Positions 13,349 to 25,282 of a stretch of 64,000 bases of DNA are shown here, one piece after another; position 1 is the first letter of the stretch, and each line of letters starts with the position of its first letter. Under the pieces are notes generated by a model that did not search any database, had not been told where the DNA came from, and saw only the letters and a list, made by a program, of their open reading frames with translations. The position numbers and the translations under genes were made by a program. Origin of the DNA: Eledone cirrhosa (Eukaryota); NCBI GenBank assembly GCA_964016885.1, contig OZ024742.1, positions 110,980,001 to 111,044,000 on the forward strand, read 5' to 3'.

Positions 13349-14023
13349 ATGATTGAACGTTTGAAAGTATATACTTTCCTTATGCATATTAACGGCTGAG
13401 CAGCCTAATTTGCATATCGAGTGAGTTAGTCGGCCGGGCGCACCGAAAACGATAAATGGAAAAGAATGAAACGAAATTTCATTTCTCACTCTTAGTACGG
13501 CTGATACCTAAATATAAGTATGTATACGTACATAAATATATGTGTACAGACGTACAGTAGTATGTATATATATACCTACATGCATACATATATATATATG
13601 TACGTATGGGTTTACCGAACATTTATTAAAATGTTCGGTTTGTTTGTAAATTCGGTTCGGTTTGTGTTGAACAAAAGGGCGACGATGGTTGCCGAGCACT
13701 GTACGGCGAAATTCGGGCTGTTTGTTTAAAAACAAAGCGAACATTATAATAAATGTTCGGTAAACGCATACGTACATATATATATGTGTGCATGTATGTA
13801 TAGATATACATACTACTGTACGTCTGTACACATATATGTATGTACGTATACATACTTATATTTAGGTATCAGCCGTACTAAGAGTGAGAAATGAAATTTC
13901 GTTTCATTCTTTTCCATTTATCGTTTTCGGTGCGTGCGGCCGACTAACTAACTCGATATGCAAATTAGGCTGCTCACCAGTTAATATCCATAAGGGAAAT
14001 ATATACTTTCAAACGTTCAATAT

Positions 14024-14092
14024 CTGACAGAAACCTATACGATGCTGACGATAGCTAATAAGCTTGAAACTAGTACATCGTTCCTGTGTCAG
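14024..14092 (+). ncRNA. Type I hammerhead ribozyme (retrozyme family 2)
   Basis: acgatg CTGACGA(14045-14051) t agct aata agct t GAAA(14066-14069) ctag TA^ catcgt. Outer stem ctgaca/tgtcag. Predicted cleavage after 14075. Confidence 0.9.
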
Positions 14093-14284
14093 TGTTGAAC
14101 AAAAGGGCAACGATGGTTGCTAAACACTGTACGACGTAATTCGGGCTGTTTGTTTACAAACCAACACAACATTATAATAAATTTCCGGTAAACCCATACG
14201 TACATACATATATATGTGTGCATGTATGTATATATATACATACTACTGTACGTCAGTACACATATATGTATGTACGTATACATA

Positions 14285-14333
<49 letters not shown>

Positions 14334-14433
14334 GTAGTGGTGGAACACTGGAAGGTAATATCCGTAGTGGTAGAGCACTCAGGTCAAGGGACGAGTTAGG
14401 TAGAAGTGGTTACACAACAGTTAGTTCACCATA

Positions 14434-14474
14434 CCGAGAACAATTGGTTCCCCTTAGTGGATCTTCAGCTCTGG
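14434..14474 (-). ncRNA. Variant minimal hammerhead (GAAC core) in PLE pseudo-LTR
   Basis: Minus strand reads gag CTGAAGA tccactaaggg GAAC caattg TT ctc. Confidence 0.5.
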
Positions 14475-15289
14475 ATGTGTATGGTTATAGGAACAGGAAG
14501 GACAACCGTACGAACGCGCATGCGCAGAAAATCGGTCACTTCACGCAGACCACACTAGACTGCGTGCGGGGAGTGTAAGGGAGATAACTGCGAAAGTCCG
14601 GAAAGTTTTTAGGTTGAAAATAAAATTAAAAAATTAAAAATAAAATTACAAAGAATCAGTCCGGAGCCTTGTAGATAGATGTTTGGTGACATGTGGACAA
14701 CGTGTGAAAAATCCACCGCTCGTGTTTAGGCAATCACTATTGCGTAACTCTTTAGGATAGTTATTCTTTCGTCAATACATAAGCCACACGTCGGATTTCC
14801 CCTTGCGTATGGCTGGGAATTGGTGATGGCTTTCCATTGAATGGAGTAGCCTTTACTTGAGTCCTTGAGGGACCATACGTGGCTCGCGAGTTTCGTGGAT
14901 GAACGTCTGTCCGGGTATCTGAAGGTACACTGGTGGTTCAGGAAACGCTCTTTGAATCGGCCCTCCGCCATGCCCACATAGGATTTGACCTCCTGTGGTT
15001 CGTTTGGTCGGCTGGAAGTGACCATAGCTTCATAGATTACAGCTGGTGTGCTGCATTGCTGTTGAAGGGGGCAAGCTTCAGGCTTACGGCAAGAGCACCC
15101 TGGTGGGGTGTTGCTCTTAGGGCTCCTGGTGATGTGGGCCTTCGTGTTCTTAGCGCAGAAGTATCCTAGTTTAACTTTGTGTCGGTTAAAGATGGAGCGG
15201 TATTTATGACCTATGGGGAAGTGTCTATCTAAGAGGGCTAGACATTGTTTTCCTACATTGGTTTAACTCCTTAAAATCTAAAAAAGCGA

Positions 15290-16681
15290 AATTCACACAG
15301 TTTGATATTGTCGATTTTACCTGTCGATCTCAGAGACCCTGTTAAACAAAGCGTTGGACTTCGCTACCACTTATACCACCATCGATGGTTTAGACAGGGA
15401 AATCATCGCTCACTGCCGGAAAACCCTCCTCTTCAACGACGGAGTAGCCTGGGAAAAGAAGTCTACATCTTCAGACCTGTTCGACGTCTCCATGGGATCG
15501 TTTGACAGTGCTGACGTATGCGACTTGGTTGGCCTTTTTATGTTAGACATATTACGTGTTAGATTCCCGGATTTCCACACGGGAATATACCGTGACGATG
15601 GACTGACTTTATCGAGCCATAAAAGTGGTCACGACCTCGACCGGTTTAAAAAAGACTTAAATTCTACCTTCAATGAGTTAGGCCTTAGGATAACAGTAGC
15701 CACCAACCTCTCTAGCGTAGATTTCTTAGACATTAATTTAGACCTTCGCACAAACACTCACAGACCCTTCCATAACCTAAACGAGAAACTTAATTACATT
15801 CACAAGGACTCATGCCACCCTCCCACTGTTTTTAGAAACTTCGTTAAGAATATCAGTACTAGAATCTCAAACCTCTCCTCTAATAAGGCTATCTTTGACA
15901 GGGCGGCACCCTACTATAACACGGCGTTGGCTAACAGCGGCTTCTCACAACCTATCACCTACTCTCGCACTAGCAACAACACCATTAAGAAAAGTAAGCG
16001 CATCAATAGACAAACTATCTGCTTCTCTCCTCTCTTCTCACACAACGTTAAAACCAATGTAGGAAAACAATTTCTAGCCCTCTTAGATAGACACTTCCCA
16101 TAGGTCATAAATACCGCTCCATCTTTAAGCGACACAAACTTAAACTAGGATACTCCTGTGCTAAGAACATGAAGGCCCACATCACCAGCATCCCTAGGAG
16201 CAACACCCCACCAGGGTGCTCTAACCGTAAGCCTGAAGCTTGCCCCCTTCAACAGCAATGCAACACACCAGCTGTAATCTCTGAAGCTATGGTCACTTCC
16301 AACCGACCAAACGAACCACAAGAGGTCAAATCCTATGTGGGCATGGCGGAGGGCCGATTCAAGGAGCGTTTTCTGAACCACCAGTGTACCTTCAGATACC
16401 CGGACAGAGGTTCATCCACGAAACTCGCGAGCCACGTATGGTGCCTCAAGGACTCAAGTAAAGGCTACTCCATTCAATGGAAAGCCATCACTAAGTCCAA
16501 GCCATACGCAAGGGGAAATCCGACGTGTGGCTTATGTATTGACGAAAGAATAACTATCCTAAAGAGTATACGCAATAGTGATTGCCTAAACACGAGGAGT
16601 GAATTTTTCACACGTTGTCCACACGTCACCAAACATCTATTGCATAACTACAAGGCTCCGGACTGGATCTTTGTAATTTAA
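15290..16681 (+). pseudogene. PLE RT-GIY-YIG polyprotein (interrupted by frameshift/stop)
   Basis: FDVSMGSFDSADVCDLVG, GIYRDDGL, VDFLDINLDL, CPLQQQC, SYVGMAEGRFKERFLNH and CGLCIDER. Confidence 0.9.
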
Positions 16682-16848
16682 TTTTTAATTTTTTTATTTT
16701 ATTTTCAACCTAAAAACTTTCCGGACTTTCGCAGTTGTCTCCCTTACACCTCCCGCAGGCAGTCTAGTATTGCCTGTATGAAGTGACCGAGTTTCTGCGC
16801 ATGTGCGTTTGTACGGTTGTCCTTCCTGCTCCTATAACTAACCACATC

Positions 16849-16888
16849 CCGAGCTGAAGATCCGCTAGGGTGAACCAATTGTTCTCGG
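16849..16888 (+). ncRNA. Variant minimal hammerhead (GAAC core) in PLE pseudo-LTR
   Basis: ccgag CTGAAGA tccgctagggt GAAC caattg TT ctcgg. Stem I ccgag/ctcgg, palindromic stem III CAATTG, on the sense strand downstream of the EN ORF. Confidence 0.6.
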
Positions 16889-16916
16889 TATGGTGAACTA
16901 ACTGTTGTGTAACCAC

Positions 16917-16966
<50 letters not shown>

Positions 16967-16970
<4 letters not shown>

Positions 16971-17412
16971 CACGATAAATTAACGGAGCCATAGACTCTC
17001 GCCATTCCCTATCATTAATGTGCTCAAAGGAGAAGGAATCCCGAGCCATTTATAATACAATATGTAGAGAAGATAACACATCAGAGAGTGGTGCGCCATC
17101 AGTCAAACAGGGGAAAACCACCAGAGTATGGAATCTATAGCCCATGGAAGGCAAAGTAGACACACAATAATTAAAAGTATAAATCAAAGTGCAAATACGT
17201 ACCTTGATAACTATCTAACACACACGTACAAATACATTTGTCAACAAATTAGTTGATGAAACAGATCCCGTTGGATTTGTTATCTTCTCTACATATTGGT
17301 GTGTTATCTTCTCTACATATTGTATTATAAAGGGCTCGGGATTCTTTCTCCTTTGAGCACATTAATGACAGGGAATGGTGAGAGTCTATGGCTCCGTTAA
17401 TTTATCGTGATA
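16967..17412. repeat. Inverted repeat element (~112-bp arms) inside (TA)n, probable PLE-type end
   Basis: 16967-17079 is the near-perfect reverse complement of 17300-17412. Confidence 0.75.
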
Positions 17413-17453
17413 TATATATATATATATATGTATATACATATATACATGTATAT

Positions 17454-17536
<83 letters not shown>

Positions 17537-17545
17537 CATGTATAA

Positions 17546-17591
<46 letters not shown>

Positions 17592-17621
17592 AGGGACATA
17601 GAAATAATCGCGCTGGATACC

Positions 17622-17940
17622 TGATCGCGCAGTTAAACCACTGGGAGTGAAGGAGCCCTAGCCTTTGTCAGGGCATTCTTCTAAGAGAAGGCAACTCGGG
17701 TAACTGGGATAACTCCGACATAAAATATGCGGCTCAGTAGTTACCGTTGATCTTGATCTTTTCTTCTTTTCGGGTTATAGCTACTGTCGCTCAGAGAGTG
17801 GGACTGGCTCAGTGCACAGTCTTTCCTCACTTTAAAAAAAATCTTCACGCGCAGGCATTGCACAATAGCATTAATTAATAATTATTAATAGTGTTATATC
17901 GTGCAATGCCATACCCGATAACGAGGGGGCAGCCATCATG
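17622..17940 (+). mobile_element. RTE-derived non-autonomous element, subfamily B
   Basis: Homologous to 34810-35080 and 42765-42900. Ends in the hairpin/tail gccatacccgataacgagggggcagccatc(ATGT)n shared with the RTE LINE end at 19700-19740. Confidence 0.7.
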
Positions 17941-18002
17941 TATGTATGTATGTATGTATGTATGTATGTATGTATGTATGTATGTATGTATGTATGTATG
18001 TA

Positions 18003-18672
18003 TGTCAGGTCACCACTTGGTGCTACTGGTAACATGTATCCTAGTAAAACCTGTCTCATGGTCGGGTCGTTGGCGACTAAACTGGCAACCCCACCAAGGT
18101 TTCTTGGTGAGGAGGGTGACTTTGGACATCCTACAGGACTAAAAACAAAACCTGTCAAAGGGCAAAGGAGTTCTTAAGAGTCAATGATCATCCAAAATCA
18201 CCGGGAGAGATGACCCCTTAGCCTTTGTCAAGGCAGAATTCTAGGAGAAGGAAAACTCTGATATAACTATGCAACCCTGATGGTAATCAATGATGTTGAT
18301 TTGTTCTTCTTTTTGGTAAATAACACCTGCAACCCTGATGGTATCCAATGATGTTGACTTGTTCTTCTTTTTTGGTAAATATCTTCTTGGTTAAGAGAGT
18401 GGGCCTGGCTTTGTGCAGTGCCTTTGCTCACTATAAAAGCTTCACGGCACAGGCATTGCTTTATATCTGGAGATCTCTCTGCACTTGTCGTCACATGGTA
18501 CCATGGGCCCAGCACTATGTGTCAATAATTGTCACAAGTCTAGTGTTTGTACCACAGTTTTCAAGTCGCTGGCTGGACTAAAAAGTCACACTCGTTCAAC
18601 GCATCGATAAGGGTTCTCCTACATGGATATAAAGTAGTGGCCGTACTCGAAAACGAGTTGGCAGCCACCATG
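18003..18672 (+). mobile_element. RTE-derived non-autonomous element, subfamily A (full-length-like)
   Basis: Near-identical copies at 35088-35562, 37862-38468, 41781-42195 and 42288-42748. The 3' part encodes an RTE C2H2 remnant (CT.VFKSLAGLKSHTRS) and ends in an (ATGT)n tail. Confidence 0.8.
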
Positions 18673-18752
18673 TACGTATGTATGTATGTATGTATGTATG
18701 TATGTATGTATGTATGTATGTATGTATGTATGTATGTATGTATGTATGTATA

Positions 18753-19541
18753 ACTTGCCAGGATGAAGGATTCTAGAATACCAAAACAACTATTTTATGG
18801 AGAGTTGGTTAAAGGAAAACGACCACCACATAAACCAAAAAAGAGGTATAAGGATTCCTTGAAAGCCTCTCTGAAAGACGCTAACATCTCTGCTGATACA
18901 TGGGAAAATATTGCTGCTGATCGTAATAAATGGAGAAAGACTGTATATGAGGGAAAAGTTGCCTTTGAGGCATCTCGAATCGCATACGAGAAAGTAAAGT
19001 GGGATGTGAGGAAGGGCATTGCTGTTGCACTTTCAGACGGCGAGGGTCCTCCTATGGTGCTGACATGCAGCGTCTGTGTGAGACTCTGTCTAAGCAAAGC
19101 TGGACTCGAAAGTCATCTTCGCAGTCATAAAGTAAGACCAGTGGTTGACTACCAGGCTGCTGTTGGAGATGCTACTCATCATGCTTGCCAAACATGTGGT
19201 AGAGAATGTAAATCAGCAGGAGGGTTCAAGCGACATGCAAAAGTACACGAACTCCAACCACAGCCGACTATTCCCAGTGAATGTTTTGGTTTCCGACTCT
19301 GTGCATGACATTTTAGATCATTGGCTGGGCTAAAAAGCCACATTCGATCGCAGCGCTGTTAGTTGCTATCGTGTGTGTGTGTGTGTGTATAGATATGCTT
19401 ATGTGTGTGCGTGTATGTGTATATATATATGTATATGTATATTATTATTTTTGTTGTCGTTATTATTATTGTTGTTATTATTATTATTATTGTTATTAAT
19501 GTATGTGTGTGTGTGTGTATATATGTGTATGTGTGTGTATG

Positions 19542-19572
<31 letters not shown>

Positions 19573-19740
19573 GTTTATATATATATATATATATTTTTTA
19601 TTTATTTTCTTTTTTATTTATTTATTAATTTTTTTCTTTTTTCTTTTTTCTTTTTTCTTTTTTCTTTTCTTTTTTCTTTTTTCTTTTTTTCTCCTCGTGT
19701 AATGGCCATACTCGATAACGAGGGGGCCGCCATCATGTAT
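18753..19740 (+). mobile_element. RTE LINE 3' end with tandem C2H2 zinc fingers
   Basis: MKDSRIPKQLFYGEL..GKRP...PKKRYKDSLKASL, WENIAADRNKWR, CSVC..H...H and CQTC..H...H. The 3' UTR is interrupted by microsatellites; tail hairpin at 19700-19740. Confidence 0.85.
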
Positions 19741-20113
19741 GTATGTATGTATGACTAAAAAGTCACACTCGTTCAGCGCATCGGTAGGGGTTCTCCTACA
19801 TGGATATAAAGTAGTGGCCGTACTCGAAAACGAGTTGGCAGCCACCATGTATGTATGTATCCAATTATGTAAGTATGTGTATTATATGAAGGCCAGATAC
19901 TACACCGGTGCCATACCAGGAACGTAATTTCGTTAGCCTTCACGACCAACTATTTGAACCCGTACCAATGAAAATGAACTGGTAAATACTGGTAAACTAC
20001 TCCATAACGAAAATATAGTACAAAGAAAGAAGAGGCTAAAATAAGGGCAGATAATCTGGGTGATCTAGAAGAGACAATTTATGTATATATGTACACACAC
20101 ACACGCACACAAA

Positions 20114-20210
<97 letters not shown>

Positions 20211-20558
20211 ATATTTGGTGAGGTCATATTGTTATGATATTGCCAGAAATAATAAGAAAATTATGGGTAAATATTAAAAACAAACACAGATACATACATT
20301 AAGATATATCCTATAAAAATATATATTTATATTTTATCTCATTTTGTAAGCTAACATTTATAATAGTCGACTGTGTCTAGAGTCATGTTGTGCGTCTGGG
20401 ACACCTACATTTTCAATGACATTCATAAATGACCAATGCTTCGATAGTTCCATACCTTATATATACACATATATCATATATATATACTCTCAAGCGTGAA
20501 ATTTAAAACCATATCATTTGTACTGCCTCTCTGTTTTTTGTTCTTTGTTCATTTATTC

Positions 20559-20622
<64 letters not shown>

Positions 20623-20626
<4 letters not shown>

Positions 20627-20955
20627 CGAAGGAATTGTGGCAAGGAATCAGATGGACCATAACGCACCAAAGTACTCAATACTTAGAGTAGTAGAGTGGG
20701 TAATAGGAACAAGTATGACCCCGACGGCAGAGATCAAGCCGTTTCGACGGCTATTTCTGGACTAAATAAGAATTTTTAGCCTGGTAAATAAATAGCCGAA
20801 CTTCTCAGGGGGTATTACCTTATATGGGAAAATAATAATTGTCGAGAGGATTGGTCAGACATTTGTTGTCAAGACAGATCAGGCTAAAAATTCTTATTTA
20901 GTCCAGAAATAGCCGTCGAAACGGCTTGAGCTCTGCCGTCGGGGTCATACTTGTT

Positions 20956-20960
<5 letters not shown>
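20623..20960. repeat. Family X palindromic element, copy 3 (longest)
   Basis: Arms ~20704-20783 / 20880-20960 with a ~95-bp spacer; (TA)n flanks. Confidence 0.8.
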
Positions 20961-21022
<62 letters not shown>

Positions 21023-21321
21023 CAATAGTTGGATACTTTATATATGCAACTATATTCTCTGTGTATATATATAATATAATATAATAAGATAACGATTGCA
21101 CCTTTAAAGGACTAACATTTATTACATAATTGACACGTGTATCGTCAATGGATAGGTGAGCAATATCTAGAATTGCTAATCCGAAGGGATCCATCGGAAA
21201 ACTCAATTTCCAATATCTCTGCGTCAGCACCATGGTAATTCGGCTCTTAAGAATTTAACAATGTTGTCATCTGTGTTGGGTGTCTTTAATACACACACAT
21301 ACACACACACTGACATATACC

Positions 21322-21412
<91 letters not shown>

Positions 21413-21699
21413 TTTCATTATGCAGGTATAAGGTTGTATACATAACACTAGTATTGAAATGTACCGAGAGAGAGTGTACATAGAGAGGAGTGGTAATACT
21501 ATGCCATCACATTTTTTCAAGAGGTGTGGCTAATATCACTGTCGTATGAAGTCGTTGATTCCTTGTGTGGATTAAAATTTTATGGCCATTCATCTTTACC
21601 AGGGTATTTTAAGCAAATCAAAGAGCTGTTTATTCTGCCGACGTGGTTGGTGGTTGTATACTATTTTGACATATTGATGCTATCTTAGTTAAAGTTGGA

Positions 21700-22475
21700 T
21701 ATTTTTTTGTATGGTGTCTGGCATCGTGAAGAGGAACTAAGACAGAGTTAATGTTTATGATAGTTTCTACGCCTATGTTCTAAGAGTGTGATGCTGAGTT
21801 CGAATCGTGTGTTAATCGGGGTTATATTAGGAGAGTGTTTTAAATTGTTTATGTCTGCAATTGAAGACTTGTCTAATATATTGTTTAATAAACTATTCCC
21901 GGTAATTATATAGCACATTTTGAGTATACAAATACTGCAAGTTTTGTGTGCTGTTGGTATTGACCAGTGAAATCGAGGACTGACCAAGAAATGTTGTATT
22001 GAGTACCTTTCTTCTTTAGTTCCGAAATTCTAAAGTCGTGTAGGTTTTGAGTTTTGTATTTTTGAATGAATGTATTTTTGAATGAATGTATGCCAATGTT
22101 TCTTTAAGACATTAGAGGTGGTCCCTATATAATTTACTCTATGCTCGTTTGTATGGATTTCGCACTATGTTGTTTACAACACATTTTATATTGGTCAGTT
22201 TTAAGGTCATGGCAGTTGCATTTAATTTCCTTTCTATGGGCTGGTTCTTTATTGTTGTTATTAGGTATGTGAATAATGTGCGATAAATTTAGTCACTTAC
22301 ATTTAGTTTTTACTGCCCTGGCTTCATATGTCCGTGCTGGTTGCGAACTTCCCCTGAAGTTTCTGTTATCACTTAGATCCTATTCAATACCATGGTTGTT
22401 TAAGCCTGTCTTATTTAATTTGTATATGTAGGTGTCTATGTTTGCAGATGTTGAGTAAGACAGCCTAATAGAGTG
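21700..22475 (-). mobile_element. Decayed PLE thumb/GIY-YIG fragment
   Basis: Minus strand retains KCNCH (22210-22224), YIGTT (22117-22131), ICILKMCYII and LLNN-like segments paralleling 8578-9010. Confidence 0.55.
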
Positions 22476-22489
22476 TATATCTATAAACT

Positions 22490-23325
22490 ACTTCTATCAG
22501 GCCTGCAAGGATTTGGGACTGACCATCAGCCTAAACAAGACATGGCACAGCACACAGAGGAACCGCCAGGCATCAAAATCGATGACTATGGGCTTGATGC
22601 TATCCATCAGTTCACTTACCTAGGCTGCACCGTCACTGACAACCTCTCCCTGGACACAGAGCACGACAAGACGATTGGGAAGGCAGTCACAATACTTGCT
22701 CACCTAAAAAGCCGAATGTGGACAATATCCAAGCTGATGGTAAAGACCAAGATGGCAGTGTAGATCGCCTGTGCCATCGGTACAATGCTGAATGACAGTG
22801 AGTCATTGACCACTTACGCCAGACAGGAGACGAAACTCAACATATTGCACCAGAGAAGCCTATGCTGCATCCTGGGTATATCCTGGCAAGACAGTGTCCA
22901 ACGCCGATATCCTGACACATGTTACATTCCCTGCATGATCACTCTGCTCCGACAGTGCAAACTGAGCTGGCTGGGACACGTCCACTGGATGAAGGATGGC
23001 CGCATCCTATAAGATATCCTTTTCGGAGTGCTGGCATCTGGAAGGAGTGCCACCGGTCAACCTCAACTGCGATACCAGGACGGTGTAAAGAAGAGAGACC
23101 TGAAGGCTTTTAACATCAACACGTAGTCCTGGGAATGCCTCTCAGCTGACCGGACAAGATATAGGAGCACCCTGAATCAATGCCGCAAATCGGGGGAGGA
23201 TGACCACAGCAGCAGACAAGCGAGCCCGCTGAAAGGAGTACAGTAACTCCCAAAGACCAGAGACCGTATATAGATATGACCTATGTGACAGAGACTGTCA
23301 CTTACGCATAGATCTACTTAGCCGC
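22490..23325 (+). mobile_element. Decayed RTE (BovB-like) LINE 3' fragment
   Basis: FTYLGCTVTDNLSLDTE, ILGISWQD, LSWLGHVHWMKDGRI and QLRYQD motifs. Confidence 0.85.
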
Positions 23326-24419
23326 ATATATATATACATGCATTTTCGACTTAACCGAAACTGCGTAAATGCGTGATTACATTTAAACAATTTTATTGCA
23401 TAAACGTATAATCATGTCAAATATACACAGATTCCTGTAAATTGAAATAAGTATAAATGTCATTAATCGATTTTGGAACCAACTTGGTATGTTTATCATC
23501 TAAACTACCAGAAGGAGATACGTAACTGAGAAGCCTATATACCATATAACAGCATTCTGAAATAGACTTATTACTTTGCGTAATATTCTTCTTCAGGTAG
23601 TGTTTATATGTGTGTACGTGTGTGTGTGTGTGTGCATTTCCACATACATGTGTACGCCTACGCGCATTTAGATCTTCATAACTCATCGCACATTTTTCAA
23701 CTTCACATATTAACCAGAGTAGGCAAACAGAAACACACATACACTCGTGAAGTTTAATTTGTGGAATACATTCTCAATGTGATGGCTCAATGTCAGTGTC
23801 ATTAGATCATAGAAATAATTGTATATATTTCGGCAGTCAGCGCATTGAGTTGAATCCCACCAAAGTCATAATTGCTTTAACTTTCCTTCTGTAAGTATGT
23901 AAACAATCATCTGTTGCCATTGCGCAGAATATTTAGCGCTCGAAATAAATGTTTTGTGATATCTGTCTCCAAGGCCTCCTTTCTGGTTTCAAATTATATT
24001 TACACTGAACTATCTATTACAAACCAGCCTTTATTTGGTAATTAAATATGTTATCTCATAGTGAGTATTTAGTGTATCAGGGTATCAGGTGTTGATCTAC
24101 ATAATGAATTATATCTAATGTTTTGTGGCTTTCCCTAATCCACACTGAAACAGAGTCTATTTTCTTTCAATTATGTTTCTTAAGAATTACAGGGTTTGTA
24201 GTTTGGTTGCAGAGTTAGAGTTTGTTCGTAATAGAACTATGCAGAGGAAATCCGGACTGATACCTCCCCCCCCGTCACACACACACACCGACACACACAC
24301 GTGCACACACAAAGACATATGCACACCACCACACAGAGGCGTATGGATTAAGGTGTTGAACTGGCAAAATATTTACTGTGTCGAACAAAATACTTTGTGA
24401 TATTTTTACTCACGTTACC

Positions 24420-24548
24420 ATCCGGGTTCAAATCACATTTACGTTAACTGTAACCTTCAGAGTTTGATAAAAAAAAAGCACCAAGGGTAACAGGGTCTAT
24501 ATAATTGACTCACAATTTACTGGCTTCGTGCCTAAATTAGAAACAATT
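24420..24548 (+). mobile_element. Old Deu/Nin-type tRNA-SINE remnant
   Basis: B-box gggttcaaatc, degenerate ttgataaaa..accaag and 3' end gtgcctaaattagaaacaatta matching the SINE at 47125-47315. Confidence 0.5.
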
Positions 24549-25282
24549 ACTGATTCTTTCGAATTTAATTATATACATTAATGTTAAACGTAAAATGCTT
24601 CTGGAAGTCATGTAATGGTATTCATCATTTAAACGAAAACTATGCACAAATGTCTTCCACATTACGACACCACGATATGTCAATATGTTCGCAAGAAGAA
24701 ATGACGGAGATAAATAATAGATTTCTTTTCTTTGAACTTATTAGATTAACGTTGAAATAATAGGAAAATCGGATATACATATATACACTCACACACGGTA
24801 GTGTGTGAATAATATTCTTAAGGTGAATATTTTCCCAACGACAGCCACTTCTAGGACTTGTCACTAATTCACTTCTCAACCAAATTTGATTAAGTTTCTT
24901 GCACTAGAACGGACTCATCCGAGGCTACATTTTGGTATAAGGAAATGTAAATTTGGGTCAGTAGAAAAAAGGTTACGCTAAAATATGTTTGGTCAAGTAG
25001 TGGAAGATAAGGCACCTCATTGACTTTAACTCATGATAACTTTTTAAATTTCGAATATAATTTCATGCTTACATCTCTTCGTAGATAGAACTCGATAAGC
25101 TGAATCGAAATTTGTCAATATTGAAAAGATTGGTGCCATAGAAATCGAGTTGGGTGACTTTAAGTGACGAAATCAGATGAGGAGTAACGCTAAGGGACAT
25201 AACTCTAGTATAAATCCATCGTAGCTGTACTAAGTAGTTTCCCTTAAGTAACTCAAATAAACATTATCGTTATGAACAAATT

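Larger units (their letters stand above)
13023..14290. mobile_element. Candidate non-LTR retrozyme family 2: ~428-bp tandem unit with type I hammerhead, inverted arms
   Basis: Left arm 13023-13650 (period 429: ataaatggaaaagaatg at 13023 and 13452). Right arm 13664-14290 is inverted (period 428). One hammerhead per arm, no ORF, flanked by (TA)n. Confidence 0.85.
14400..16920. mobile_element. Penelope-like element, 5'-truncated, with inverted copy of its 3' part
   Basis: Right arm 15265-16920 (+) carries RT and GIY-YIG. Left arm 14400-15265 is its reverse complement (EN plus 3' UTR). Flanked by (TA)n. Confidence 0.92.
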
